Source: Moniliella sp. 'wahieum'
Lineage: Eukaryota
Length of the DNA: 64,000 nucleotides
Assembly: GCA_003971905.1 (NCBI GenBank)
Contig: RSEE01000057.1
Coordinates: 1-64,000, forward strand
Reading direction: 5' to 3'
A model generated the notes under the pieces. The model did not search any database and was not told the origin of the DNA. It saw only the letters and a program-made list of their open reading frames with translations. A program made the position numbers and the translations under genes. Within the stretch, counting starts at the first letter, position 1, and each line of letters starts with the position of its first letter. This document shows positions 47,998 to 60,706 of the stretch, in pieces.

Positions 47998-48816
47998 GCA
48001 TCACCACCCTACAGTCTGGTCTCAGGGCGAGTAGAGCGTAAGGGAGGGAAAGAGTGTCAGTCTTCAGTTGAAACCTCTTCTACCTGTCCCACCCTTTGGG
48101 GCGTGTGCGGTCCTCTTCTACCTGTACCGTCCCTTGTCGCGTGTGGGGTCGGTTTGGGGGTTGGACGTTCTCGCCACGGAGTCCCCGCTTGGCCCCGTCT
48201 TGTCTCCAGATCTGTTCGCCTTACCGTTTCACTGTCCCCTATTTTCGGTGGTTTCTTCCCGTTCACCCTCGGGATGGCAACCGGCAAACCGCAAACGTAT
48301 GCTTGTTTCGTCTCTTGTTAGTTGGCATAGTTACGTAGCAAAGGCTTGTTGAGCAGTCGAAGGTGTCCTGCGCGGGGAGTTTGGCCGTGGTGATGCTATG
48401 GGATGCTCTGTCGCCGCGCTGGAGCAGGTAGGAGACGCGTTCAATTGGTAAGGGAGGACATGCAGGAGTGGGAGTGGGCTTACAAAGCAGCCAGCCGAAG
48501 AATAAGAACGAGGGACGAGTACGAACGCTGGGCCGGCGCTCCCGTCCCGGCCGAGGATGGTACGAGGTACCAGTAGGTACTACAAGGGGAAGCGTCTACG
48601 GGCACACAGGGGGACATGCGGGGACAATTAAGTAGCAAACCAAAAATCCAATCGCAACCACAACCGCAGTGAACTGGTGAACTAATGAACACGGGACATG
48701 GCCCACACCCCAAGCGGGCGGCGGGGGGGAGGGGGGGGAGGCAGCAGAGCAGACCTCCCTACTGGCTCCACCGAGTCCGTACGACCATCCAGCCACGGCG
48801 TCTCTCGAGCCTTTTT

Positions 48817-50276
<1,460 letters not shown>

Positions 50277-50544
50277 GGCGGTTGGGAGGAAGAGACGAGG
50301 AAAAGGAGGATGGTGGTGGGGGGCAAGAAAAGCAAAAGAAAGCGGACGCGAGGAGTGAAAGCGGCGCCGTTTTCCTTAGTGGATCGGCCGGCCCGGGGGG
50401 GGTTATGCCGGGTCTGGGCCGGACTAGCCGACGCTCGCACGGCAGGTCACGTGGTGCGCCCTGCTGCCCCACATGGTTTGCCATCCGTCGCTATATCGAC
50501 CATCGACTATCGTCCATCCCATGTCGTCTCGCCCCACCAGCGCA

Positions 50545-53500
50545 CTACCACTCACATGCACAATACATCCATCCATTCAGCCCACACCACCTACGGAGCA
50601 GGCGCCAACGGCCACTTATCCTGCATCGCCACCACCGCCGCCGCGCCTCCAACGGCTGCCACACATAGTCCCCCAGCCCCACCGAGCTGCACGTCACCAC
50701 CGAGGTGCAGCGCGACTCGCGTGTGCGCCGCCCGCCCCATCCCTCGGCCCATCCCTCGGCCCACCCTTCTGCCTGGGCGATAGCCGATCCAGAGACATGG
50801 GCGACCGGGACGAGCGCGGCGAAACGGGTAGCGGCTCGCTCGGGCTCGGTTGGACTGGGGCTTGCACTTGGGCTTGCACTTGGGCTTGCACTTGGGCTGC
50901 ACTTGGGCTCGCACTTGGGCTGGAACTCTGGTTGACGCTCACCGTCACGGGAATCGTGTGATTGGCACCAGTGACGTTGATGGTGGAGGTCCCGTGGCCC
51001 GGGCGGGAGAAAAGGGCAGAAGTAGGAGAAGAAGTAGAAGTAGAAGTAGAAGAATAAGAAGAAAAAGCAGACTTTCCTCCACCCCCTAGGACCTCTTCTA
51101 CCCCTAGGTCCTCTTTCTCTTCCTCCTCCTCCTCCTCTTCCTCTTCCTCCTCCGCCGCCGCCACCGCCCCGCTTGGCTGGGACCTCCAGCACCCACAGAC
51201 GGGACGCAGGACGCGGCCGAAGCAGAAACTGAAGCGCAAGCAGAAGTGGAAGCAGGAACTAGGTAGGCATCGTACACCGATGGGTCGTACGGCTTGCCCT
51301 CTTCCCCTCGGCTTGCCCAGGCGCCACCAAGGGCCCATTCAACGTCGGTGGCGAAGGCGAAGGTACAGCCGAAGGTACAGCCGAACGCGCAGGCACAGGT
51401 AAAGGCGAGGGGGGGGCACAGGGCAAAGTGACCATACTTGAGCGTCGTCGCCGAGCCGGGCCAGGGGAAAGGGGCAAGGGCGGAGACCAAGCCAAGAGGG
51501 AAGAGCGGCGTGTGGGGGGCGAAGCAAAGTGCGGAGCATACTTTAGGCCACATTGAGAAGCAAGTAGCAGCAGCACTAGCAGCACTAGCACCAAGAGGAG
51601 AGAGGAAGAAAGCCAGAGGTACGAAGAAGTAGGTATGGAATGATGCACCACAGTGGGATCCACCACTCCACCTCCACTTCCTCCTCTCTCCCTCGTTTGC
51701 CCCTCCTCCCCCGTACCTCCTTCCTCCTCCTCCTCCTCCTCCTCCTCGGCCGGTCTTTGTCCTGGGTCCTGGTCCTGCTGCCCTGCACCATCAGACCTCA
51801 CCCACACTCCGCCCATCGAGCCTGATCCTGAACCTGATCCTGAACCTGATCCTGAACCTGAACCTGAACCTGAACCTGAGCCTGGGAGCAGCCGCGGTCG
51901 CCGTCGGGGTCATGTTCGGGGCCGTGGCCGTGGCAGACCACCAGGCCGAAGTCAACCTGCCACCCAACACACTCGCTTCCAAATCCAACACCTGCCTTGG
52001 CGACGACGATGCCGGAGCCCAAACTGCTCCTCTTCCCGATGCAAACCAACCGCACTCGCCCCACCCATCCACATCCCACTCCCACTCCCGACCCCGACCC
52101 CGACCCCGGTCCAGAGTCAAGAGGCCCGCCGTAGCGCGCTCCGTGGCCGTAGAGGTAGTGGTCGTGGTCCTGGTAGGAGCGAGGGGACCATAGCACGCCA
52201 CAGACCCACCTGTCGGTCCGTAGGAAGAAAAGGATGTGGAGGTAGTAGGACGAGCAGGTGCAGTGGTTCAGGTCGGTGTCGACGGCGGGGGAACGACGTG
52301 GTTTGCCCAGTACCCGAGGGGGTGCCTGGGGGAATACCTGCGGGGCAGCAAGAGCGACGGAGGGCGATGGCGGAGTACCTTCGCTCCCAACCCGTTACCA
52401 ATACCGGTACCGCGGCCGGGACCAACACCTGTACCAGGATCCAGGCGGGGGTCCAGGGAGGGATCGGTGGAGGTCGTGCGTGGGACGGAGGTGGGTGTGC
52501 GAGGTTGACTCCGGTCGGTTGGGAGGAAAGGTGGGTTGGGTGGGTGGGCTGCTTCAGGTCCGTGGGAGGGAGGTGGGGTTGGCTGGATCGGTGGGCTTGG
52601 GTGCAGAAGGCGAAGCAAGAGGGGAAACGAGGGAAGAAGCGGAAGTGGGGGAAGAGAAGCGAGAGGAGAGAGGAGAAAGAGGGATAGGAAGTGCGGTGGT
52701 CGACCCACCTGCACCACCATAGTGATGATGGACAGCGCCAGCGCCATCGCGCAGGCGTAACGGTAAAGGTAAAGGGAACCGGGACGTTTTGGGCGAGGGG
52801 GAGGGTGCGGCAGGAGGCGTGAGGCACGGGTAAGACATGGTACTTGCGCGCCGTAGAGGGGAGATAAAGATAAAGATAAAGTTAACGAGAGTGAAGATCC
52901 CCAACTGGACCGGGTACGGAGTACCGAGGCGTTACTGTGACCACAACTGTCGTTACGCTCGCTGCTTCCCGACCCAGCTGTGCTCCTCGTGCTTCCAGGC
53001 GACAGCGGCGAGGGGGGAGGGAATAGCGTCGAAGGGCTCAGACTGCTCCCAGTCGGACTGGGTCCAAGCGGGGGGGAACGTAAGTTCCCTGATGGGCTTC
53101 GTGGGTCCAGGGGGATGCCCAGCAGCGCAGCCGCTTTGGGACGCAACTCGATCCGACTGCCAGGGTGACTGACAGGGTGACTGACAGGGTGACTGCCAGG
53201 GTGACTGCCAGGGTGACTGCCAGGGTGACTGCCAGGGTGACTGACAGTGTCCCCCCTGGGCATTGGAGTGGTGGCGGTGGTAGGGTGGGAGGATAGGCCC
53301 GCGGTGTTGGTGGATTGGGAGGATGCGCTTGAGGGTGTGGAAGGGAGAGGTGAAGAGCGGTCGTGGTGGAAGGAGCGAGTGGGATGGAAGCACGGGGCAG
53401 TGCGGGTGCAGAAGAAAAAGGTAAAGAGGGGGGGGAGGGATGCACAGTTTGAGAAGGAAGGGTGAGGGGGAAGGGGTAGGACTGGTAGTAGTGCTAGTAG

Positions 53501-54397
53501 TGGCAGCAAGAGGAAGAGGGAGAGGAAGAGGAAGAGGTGAAGGGGGGGGAAGGGGATGGGACGCCCTGGCAGCAGAAGGATTAAGGGGCAAGCTAGCCTG
53601 TCCAGCGGGGGGGGACGGCGCAGCGTGCTGAGACCGAGGCGCAGACGACGGCCGCTGGGACGACAAGAGGTGGGACGACGAGAGTTGGGACGACGAGAGC
53701 TGGGACGACGAGAGTTGGGACGGCGGGAGCTGGGACGGCGGGAGCTGGGACAAGACCACCTCGGACCAACTCTCCGTTCCCAACAACTTGGTCAGCTTGG
53801 TATACGTTCGTCGTGCTGCGACGTTATGACTGCCAAGCCACCGCACGTCACTGTCCCTTTCGTCCTCGTTCTCGGCTTCGTCCTTGTCCTTGGCCATTTC
53901 CGTCACAATCTCCGTCTCCGTCTCCGTCTCCGGTTCCGTCAGCATCTGCGTTTGCATTTGCGTTTGCGTTTGCGTCTGCATCTGCGTCTGCGTCTGCGTC
54001 TGCGTCTCGTCCGAGGGCAATGGCAAGGGCAACGGCAACGGCAAAGGCGAAGGCGAGGGCAAGGGTGAAGGTGAGGGGAAGACAGGATCATCGTCGTTCC
54101 ACACTGCGTGCGGCCGTCCATCGCCCATGGACGGGGGGAAAGCAGGCACGGGGTTTGTCCCCGACCGACCTGTCCAGACGGCCCCCGGCCCAGCGCTGGG
54201 GGGGGGGACAAGCGACGTAAGCGAGGTAAGGAAGTTAGGGGGGTAAGACAGGTAAGCGGGGTAGGGGTAGGTAGTGCCGAGGTTGAGGTCGGGACGGAGG
54301 GAGGGGCAGGTCCGACGAGCTCCAAGCCCAGGCTAGAGGAAGGTGGGTGGGAAGTGACGGTATCGCGGTCGTGTACGGAAGGTAGGACAGCGTCCAT
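50545..54397 (-). CDS. Hypothetical Pro/Ser-rich low-complexity protein(s)
   Basis: Overlapping long minus-strand ORFs (52953-54149, 52268-53509, 52117-52827, 50694-51338) whose internal repeats have periods of 6, 12 and 15 bp (codon-compatible). No family recognised. Confidence 0.3.
53160..53247. repeat. 12-bp minisatellite cagggtgactg(a/c), about 7 copies
   Basis: Read directly; encodes PGSH/PVSH on the minus strand. Confidence 0.9.
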
Positions 54398-57300
54398 ATT
54401 GTGAGCGCAAGCGATGCGGTGCCGTGGGAGGCTAGGTCCGGGCGCTGCGTGGGGTCCGGGACCAAGGGCGAGTCCGACCGAAAGTCCGATGGTTGGAATA
54501 AAGTGCTCGGATCGGATGGGCTTGCGCTTGTGTCGGCTGCTGCGCCGGAGCGGGGCGACGGGGCACGTGGAAGTGAAGTGGGAAGGGGGTGTGAATGGGT
54601 GTGAATCGGGGTGTGAATGGGCAAGGGGGGGTGAATGGGGAGGAGGAAGGTTGGAGGGGGGGTAATAGAAACAGAAGAGCAAGAAGGGAAGTATAAAGCG
54701 TTGCATCCACCCACGTAGGAGCCAATGCGGACTGGTACGTATCACTTCCGTCGCCATCGTCGTCAGGGGGAACCGACTCGGGTTCGTCAAGCGTCGCATG
54801 GCTAGCACTGGTCGGTAACGACTGGATGCTGCTATTGGTCGTTCTCGATGGGGCCGAGGCGGCACAGAAGATCGGAGGGGGCGCGGAGGTCATCTTGCAG
54901 TGGCGGCCAAGATATAGTAGTGAGGTGAAGGACGAAAAGACTCGGCACTGATGGAGGGGGTGGAGGGAGGGTGCGCAGATCCCAGTCCCGGAGTAAGGCG
55001 AGGGGGGGATTAAGTAGTGGTGTCTAGCAGCCACGGTTTGGCGTCCTGGCGAACCGTGACGCTCCGGTGGGGGCAGTCACTTGTTGGGTCGGGAGGTGGT
55101 TTGGTGCTGGGTTGCTAACCAGAGGAAGAAAATAGGGAATAGATGGCCTGAGGAGATCGTCGGACAACCACCGAACACCGAACACCGAAAAAAAAGACCT
55201 AGAAGAAGAAAAGAAAAGAAACCAAGGAGTACTAGGGTCAGTCGTGGCTGGTCGATCTGACACACACCCACACCCACATCCACATCCACATCCACACACA
55301 CAACTAGAACACAACCCCATCCGACAGAAGGTTCCGTTAGCGTCAGCGTGGGCTCCCACCCGCCCAAGGCGCAGCCCACCGATCATCCATCCGGACAGCC
55401 CCACGCAATGCAAGGGGACAGCGCACACAGGACGGAGAAAGCTAGCTGTAAAGCACAGGCGTGCGCAAATCGCAAGTTGCCTCTCCCATTCAGTATTCAG
55501 TCTGAATATTCAGCCCGCTCGCCCTCCCCGGGGGACTGAGAGTGGGAGTGGGACGCGCGTGGACAGACGGGGCAAGCTGGTACGGTCTGGGCGGGTGTCG
55601 CACGTCGCATGTCAGGGGCGGGGGCAGTGAGACGAGGTGGACGCGCAGCAATCGCCCAGGGGACAGAGCGCGGGAACAAAAAAGGTGGGAGGTGGATGGT
55701 GGACGGTGGACGGTGGAGGGTGTACAGTCATCAAACGACCGAGCAGCGCGGCTGAATATTGCGACGGAGCTTACTTGGGTGTGGCGCCCAAGCCAAAAAG
55801 GAGGGTGTGGAGGGTTGAACGTTGAACGTTTAGTGTTCGGTGTTCAGTCGAGTACGGTGAACGTTGCCGGTGGGAGGCGCAACGCGGGATGAGTCATGGT
55901 GGAGGCGGGGGGAGGGGGGGTGCTGACGCGCTGCGCATCTGGGATGGGGTGTGGAGGAGGGCAAAAAGGGAAGGCAGGAGCAGAGAAACGGATGGGATGG
56001 ATAACTCAGTACTCACAAGAAGAGAGGGCTACGACCTGCACGTGTGGACAGGGCGCTGTGGCGGGAGATGGTGGCGCGGCGAAAGAGGAGGCAAGCGAGA
56101 GGCGGTGGATGGGCTGCTGGTGGTGCTCGTGGCGGTGTGTGCAGGGGAGGGAGTGGTGTCTGTGGGCGGTCTGGAAGCAGAAGACGAAAGGGATGTGCTT
56201 TTGCTGGTCGGCCAGAAAGCGACGATGGGGTTCTGAGCTCGTCCATTGGCCTTGGAGCTTGGTCCTCGTCGCGGGTTCGGTTTGCTCCCGCACTAGCCAG
56301 CTGAGCGTACCGAGTGATCAACGTACCCACCACAACCAGAAAGCAACCATTAACCACCACCAGGTTAGATCTTAGAGGCGGGCAGGACGTACATACACCC
56401 TCTGGCATACGTAGTCCTCGCATGCTCCCCATCATTAATCACGTGTGGGGCACAACACACTGGCCTGGTGCTGGGGTCGGTGGCAGCTGGACAATCGGAG
56501 GGGAAGTGCTCGTGATCATTCGATCATCGGTTAGATCACTCAGTACTCAGCGACCATTGCTGTGTTCACCCATTCACCCATTCACCCCCCATTCCATATT
56601 CCCCGTGTGGCGGCGAGACAATCGGCGCGTCAACCTCTGGCATTCGATCTTTGCACCCGTCTGTCCCGCCACGCCCTGGGCCTATGCTTGCGCCTAGCAC
56701 TAGATCGCTATCCTCGGGCCTCCATCGACCAGCGACCGGCCAGCGCCAGTCTGGTCACCCACTGTTTCAATGTATATACTTGGGCCCATAGATCTCAGAT
56801 CGAGATCTCGCAGCACTCGTGCCCATAGCGCGCCTAGCCCACGCTGGTAGATAGCAGAGACTCTCCAAGATCCCACCATTGAATGTAACATTGACAGCCG
56901 TAATGCATAACATGTTACAGCGGGTTATAATTCGGAGGAAGGACCGGGCCGATCGGGAACCAGAGAAAATCGAGAACTGGTAACCAGGAGGGAGCATGGC
57001 GTATGGAGCTGGCGTTGGCATGCTGGCTACAATCAACAATCAACAAGAATGGGAAACCAATTGCCTCAGCCACACCGCTTCCCATTTGAAGCTTGAGGCT
57101 TGACATGCTAGCTTGACATATTGACAAGGCGCCCGCTTCAGCTTCAGTTCCAGCCCCTCGGCCAGTGTGCGACCTGCAAACACGTGAGAAGGACATTTGA
57201 GTACAGTGTAAAAGCACCTTGAATATTGACAGCGCACGTGATTAATTGTGTCCACACTCCAGTCTCAGTATTTTGGGACCTGTCATTAATGTCGTTCCGC

Positions 57301-57418
57301 GTCACTAGCTTCACTAGTAACTAGTAGTCAGTCACTCGGGCCTAAGTAGAGCTAGTAGCTAGTAACTAGTAGCTAGTAACACATACAATAGCCAAGCCAC
57401 CCGGTGTACCAGGGCGCG

Positions 57419-57483
57419 CTGTACCCCACCTACCACTGTACCCCACCTACCACTGTACCCCACCTACCACTGTACCCCACCTA
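57419..57483. repeat. 17-bp tandem repeat ctgtaccccacctacca, about 3.8 copies
   Basis: Read directly; no spacers between units. Confidence 0.9.
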
Positions 57484-57780
57484 GTACCTATCTATTGGCG
57501 AAGAAACCATAAAGTCTTCCTTATTCTTCTTTTTCAGCAGATCGTTCTTCGTACGCATTACGATTCACATCCGGCGTCAAGCGCTTCACACGTCACGGCA
57601 TGGTCACTTGATGACACGCTACTAGGTAAGGGGTTATCGGGGCATCGGGGGCATCGGGGAGATCTGCCAACCACTGGCAACCAGTACCGAAGCCCAGGCT
57701 TTGGGCTTACTTATGCTCGGATGGACGCTGGGACCGCACCTGTCGGCATGGGCATGGACATAGGCATGATGTGCATGCCG

Positions 57781-58606
57781 TTACCCAAGGGGAGGTACGT
57801 TGGTGCAACTTGCGCGCGCTCGCGACGTGCTCTCGATTGGAATCACGAGCAGAGCTGCGTCCTCGAAACACGTCCCTTCGTCCCGTCCAGCTTTTGCATT
57901 CGCATTCCCAGTTGCAGGGAAAGTAGGACTGGTAGCATTAGTAGTAGTGGTAGTAGTGGAAGTAGTTTCGGCGGTGGCCTGAGCTAAAGGTTGCGCTTCG
58001 TCCAGCCTATCGAGGAGGATGAGGTCGTCGGGGACGCCAGCTTGGGCAAGCGTGAGGTGGGGCAAGTTCAGACGGACGCCGTTGCATGTGAGCCGCTGGT
58101 GCGAGACGGGGATGCCTGTGTCGAGGGCCAGGGCGGCCTGGAATTGGGCCAGGGTGGTGTGCAGCGCAAACTGCACAGAGAAGCAGTCGTTGTCGGGGGT
58201 GATGAGTGTGAGCGTGGGTTTGGGCGCGGGCGTGGAGTGTGAATGTGCGTGTGGGTGGGAGTGGGATTTGCAGTAGTAATAGTAGAAGGAGTAGAAGTAG
58301 TCACAGGAGGAGTAGTGGTAACCGTGGCAGTAGTAGTAGCAGCAGCGGCAGCAGCAGCAGCCTGAGCTGAGGACTCCGCTTCGTCCTCCTTATCGAGAAG
58401 GATGAGGTCGTCGGGCCGACGCCAGCTTGGGAGGGTGAGGGTGGGGGGCAAGTTCAGACGGGTGCCGTTGCATGTGAGCCGCTGGTGCGGGACGGGGATG
58501 CCTGTGTGTCGAGGGCCAGGGCGGCCTGGAACTGGGCGAGGGTGGTGGTGTGCAGCGCAAACTGCACAGAGAAGCAGTCGTTGTCGGGGGTGATGAGCGT
58601 GAGCAT
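57781..58606 (-). CDS. Protein with two tandem Ddi1-type ubiquitin-like domains joined by a Thr/Ala-rich linker
   Basis: Two near-identical copies of LTLITPDNDCFSVQFALHTTLAQFQAALALDTGIPV.HQRLTCNG.RLNLP..TL...GV.DDLILLD (about 58606-58390 and 58214-58005). TATATA about 75 nt upstream. Frameshifts; the stop may be 57781 or 57711. Confidence 0.7.
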
Positions 58607-59023
58607 GGGTATGGGGGTGGGGAGGATGGAGAGATGGACGGATGGACGGATGGACGGATGGACGGATGGACGGGGGCGTATATATCCAAACAGGCACAAC
58701 GGGGTGCGCGTGGGAGGTGGAGCAAGCAGCTGGCCAGCAGACCAACATGTTGGCAGGGGGCGACAGCACCGATGTGGTTTGGTTTTTTCTGGTTTGGGGG
58801 TTCCGTTAAAGTAGGGTCTGCTAGTGCAGGGATCAAGTGATCGATCGGCGGTTAGGGTTGCTACGCGCCTGCTTCTCTCGGGTGTGGCCGGTGTGCATCC
58901 AATATTCAGACAGGCCAAGCGCGCGTGTGCGCACACAGGCGCTGTGCTGGGCCCCGCTGGGCTAACATGCAGCAGCCCTGCGACAGAGCGGGTCAGCTGA
59001 TTTGGGAGTGGCCCAGTTCAGAG

Positions 59024-59077
59024 TCCAGATCCAGATCCAGATCCAGATCCAGATCCAGATCCAGATCCAGATCCAGA
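59024..59077. repeat. (TCCAGA)n microsatellite, 9 copies
   Basis: Read directly. Confidence 0.95.
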
Positions 59078-59117
59078 TGCCACATCTCACTCAGTTCCCA
59101 GCGCTCCGAATCTCAGC

Positions 59118-59328
59118 TGTTGACCACCAGTGGTCTAGAGCCCATCGGCCTTCAGTGACACGTGGCCCGATCCACACAGTGCACCGGGGCAGTGAGTTCC
59201 GACCCTTCCACGGGTTTCCACTGGCCTCCAGGCCAGGAGCCTATCAAGGCCCATAGCTCTAGCTCTCCTTAGCTCTTGAATGCCATCTCCATCGACCATC
59301 GCCAGCATCGCTAGCTAGGCCTGTGACA
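59118..59328 (+). repeat. Putative 5' LTR of copia family C (about 211 bp)
   Basis: Starts TGTTGAC like the family B LTR; ends GACA directly before a PBS-like motif matching family B. Partner LTR not in the window. Confidence 0.7.
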
Positions 59329-59474
59329 GAGCTACAATCTGAAGCACCCCACTGGCGCAAAGGATCAATACTCAGCACCACCATCGGCGCCCACCGTCAC
59401 CACCACCACCCCAACGCCACCATCGGCACCACACACCAACCAATTCAAAAAAAACAAAGGAAAAATCAGCCACC

Positions 59475-60706
59475 ATGCCCCCCGAACTGGAAGAAAACAC
59501 CCCTCCTCCCGAAGTCTCTGTCATCGAAGAGGCGCAGGACATCGACGAACCGACCACCACCCCTGTCTCCGACCCGACCTGGCAACAGGCCCTCACCGAC
59601 GTCAGAGACAACCTCCTCGCAAGCACCCGCGCGTTCAAGCCCACCAGCGCTGACAATCTCCGCTCCACATGCCGCTCGTTCGCTACGGATGCACACACGG
59701 CGGCGTATGGACCGAAGAGCAAGAAAACACCGGGCGGAAAGGAAAATTGGATCTACACGCTCACCCTCGCGTTGGAGAAATATGTATTGGCCGTTGAATT
59801 CACGAAGCCGCAAAACACCCGTGAGGCCCTTGCATCCGCGAGTGAGGACATGGCCGAGCTTCGCCACGCTGAGAAACGCGCGTCAAAAGAGATCGAGCGT
59901 ACCAACGCGACGCGCAAGGACGCCTTCCGCGACCCCACCGAATATGTGCTCTGGGAGCCCTCCATCCTCAACATCCTGGACCGCATCCACCCCGCCGCGA
60001 AGGACATCGTTCGCTCCGGTCCATCGTCACCACACTACGACTCGTCCCTCGATCTACGCCTCCAGAACCTTCTGTGGTCCCACCTCCCGAACGACGTTCA
60101 ATCTGCCATTATTGCACAGGACAACGTTGACACGTCAGCTGACTTGCTCCGTGCCTGCGAAACAAATACGGTACGGTCGACTGCAAGACGTATCATGAAT
60201 TGTCCAGTCGCTTTCACCACTGCTACCAAAACCGGCGCAGCGGGAGCGAGTTCCTATCTGAAATGGGGACGCTCCGCAACCGGATCAGCGCAACCACACC
60301 GATGTCGGACGAGCAATTCCGCCGTATCCTCGTCGGGGCCCTCCGCGACCCTGGTGACCGTCGCCGCCTAGAGCATATGACTCTGGCGGAGACAATGCAA
60401 GACGTGGAGAGAATCCCAGCGGACCCAGAGTACAGAATTCCGTACCGGGGCCGTCACCCCCGGACCGCCAACTCGGGCGCTGGCAAACACGACAGCGCGG
60501 GATCCCAGCAGCATAGCGGGGGTCCTCCTGCCGGTGCATCTCCCCGTAGCGGGGGTGCTCTTGCGAGAAAGCCGTCCGGCCACACCGGGGTTCCTTCGAA
60601 CAACAAATGGCACCGCAACAGCTCCGCGCGAGCGCACATTGCCACCGAAGACGACGTCTCCGAAGGGGAGACCCTGTCTGTGGACCTTGCCCTATCTGAC
60701 AAATAG
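59475..60706 (+). CDS. gag: Gag of copia family C
   Basis: ATG 59475; TEYVLWE..LRNKYG..RSGSEFLSEM..ILVGAL. One missing base near 60154 restores alignment to family B gag. Ends TAG 60704-60706. Confidence 0.8.

Noticed and set aside
54900..57300. Numerous short ORFs in the GC-rich intergenic region
   Set aside because: No motifs or splice-consistent model; these look like shadow or chance ORFs. No tRNA or rRNA genes were recognised anywhere in the window by eye.
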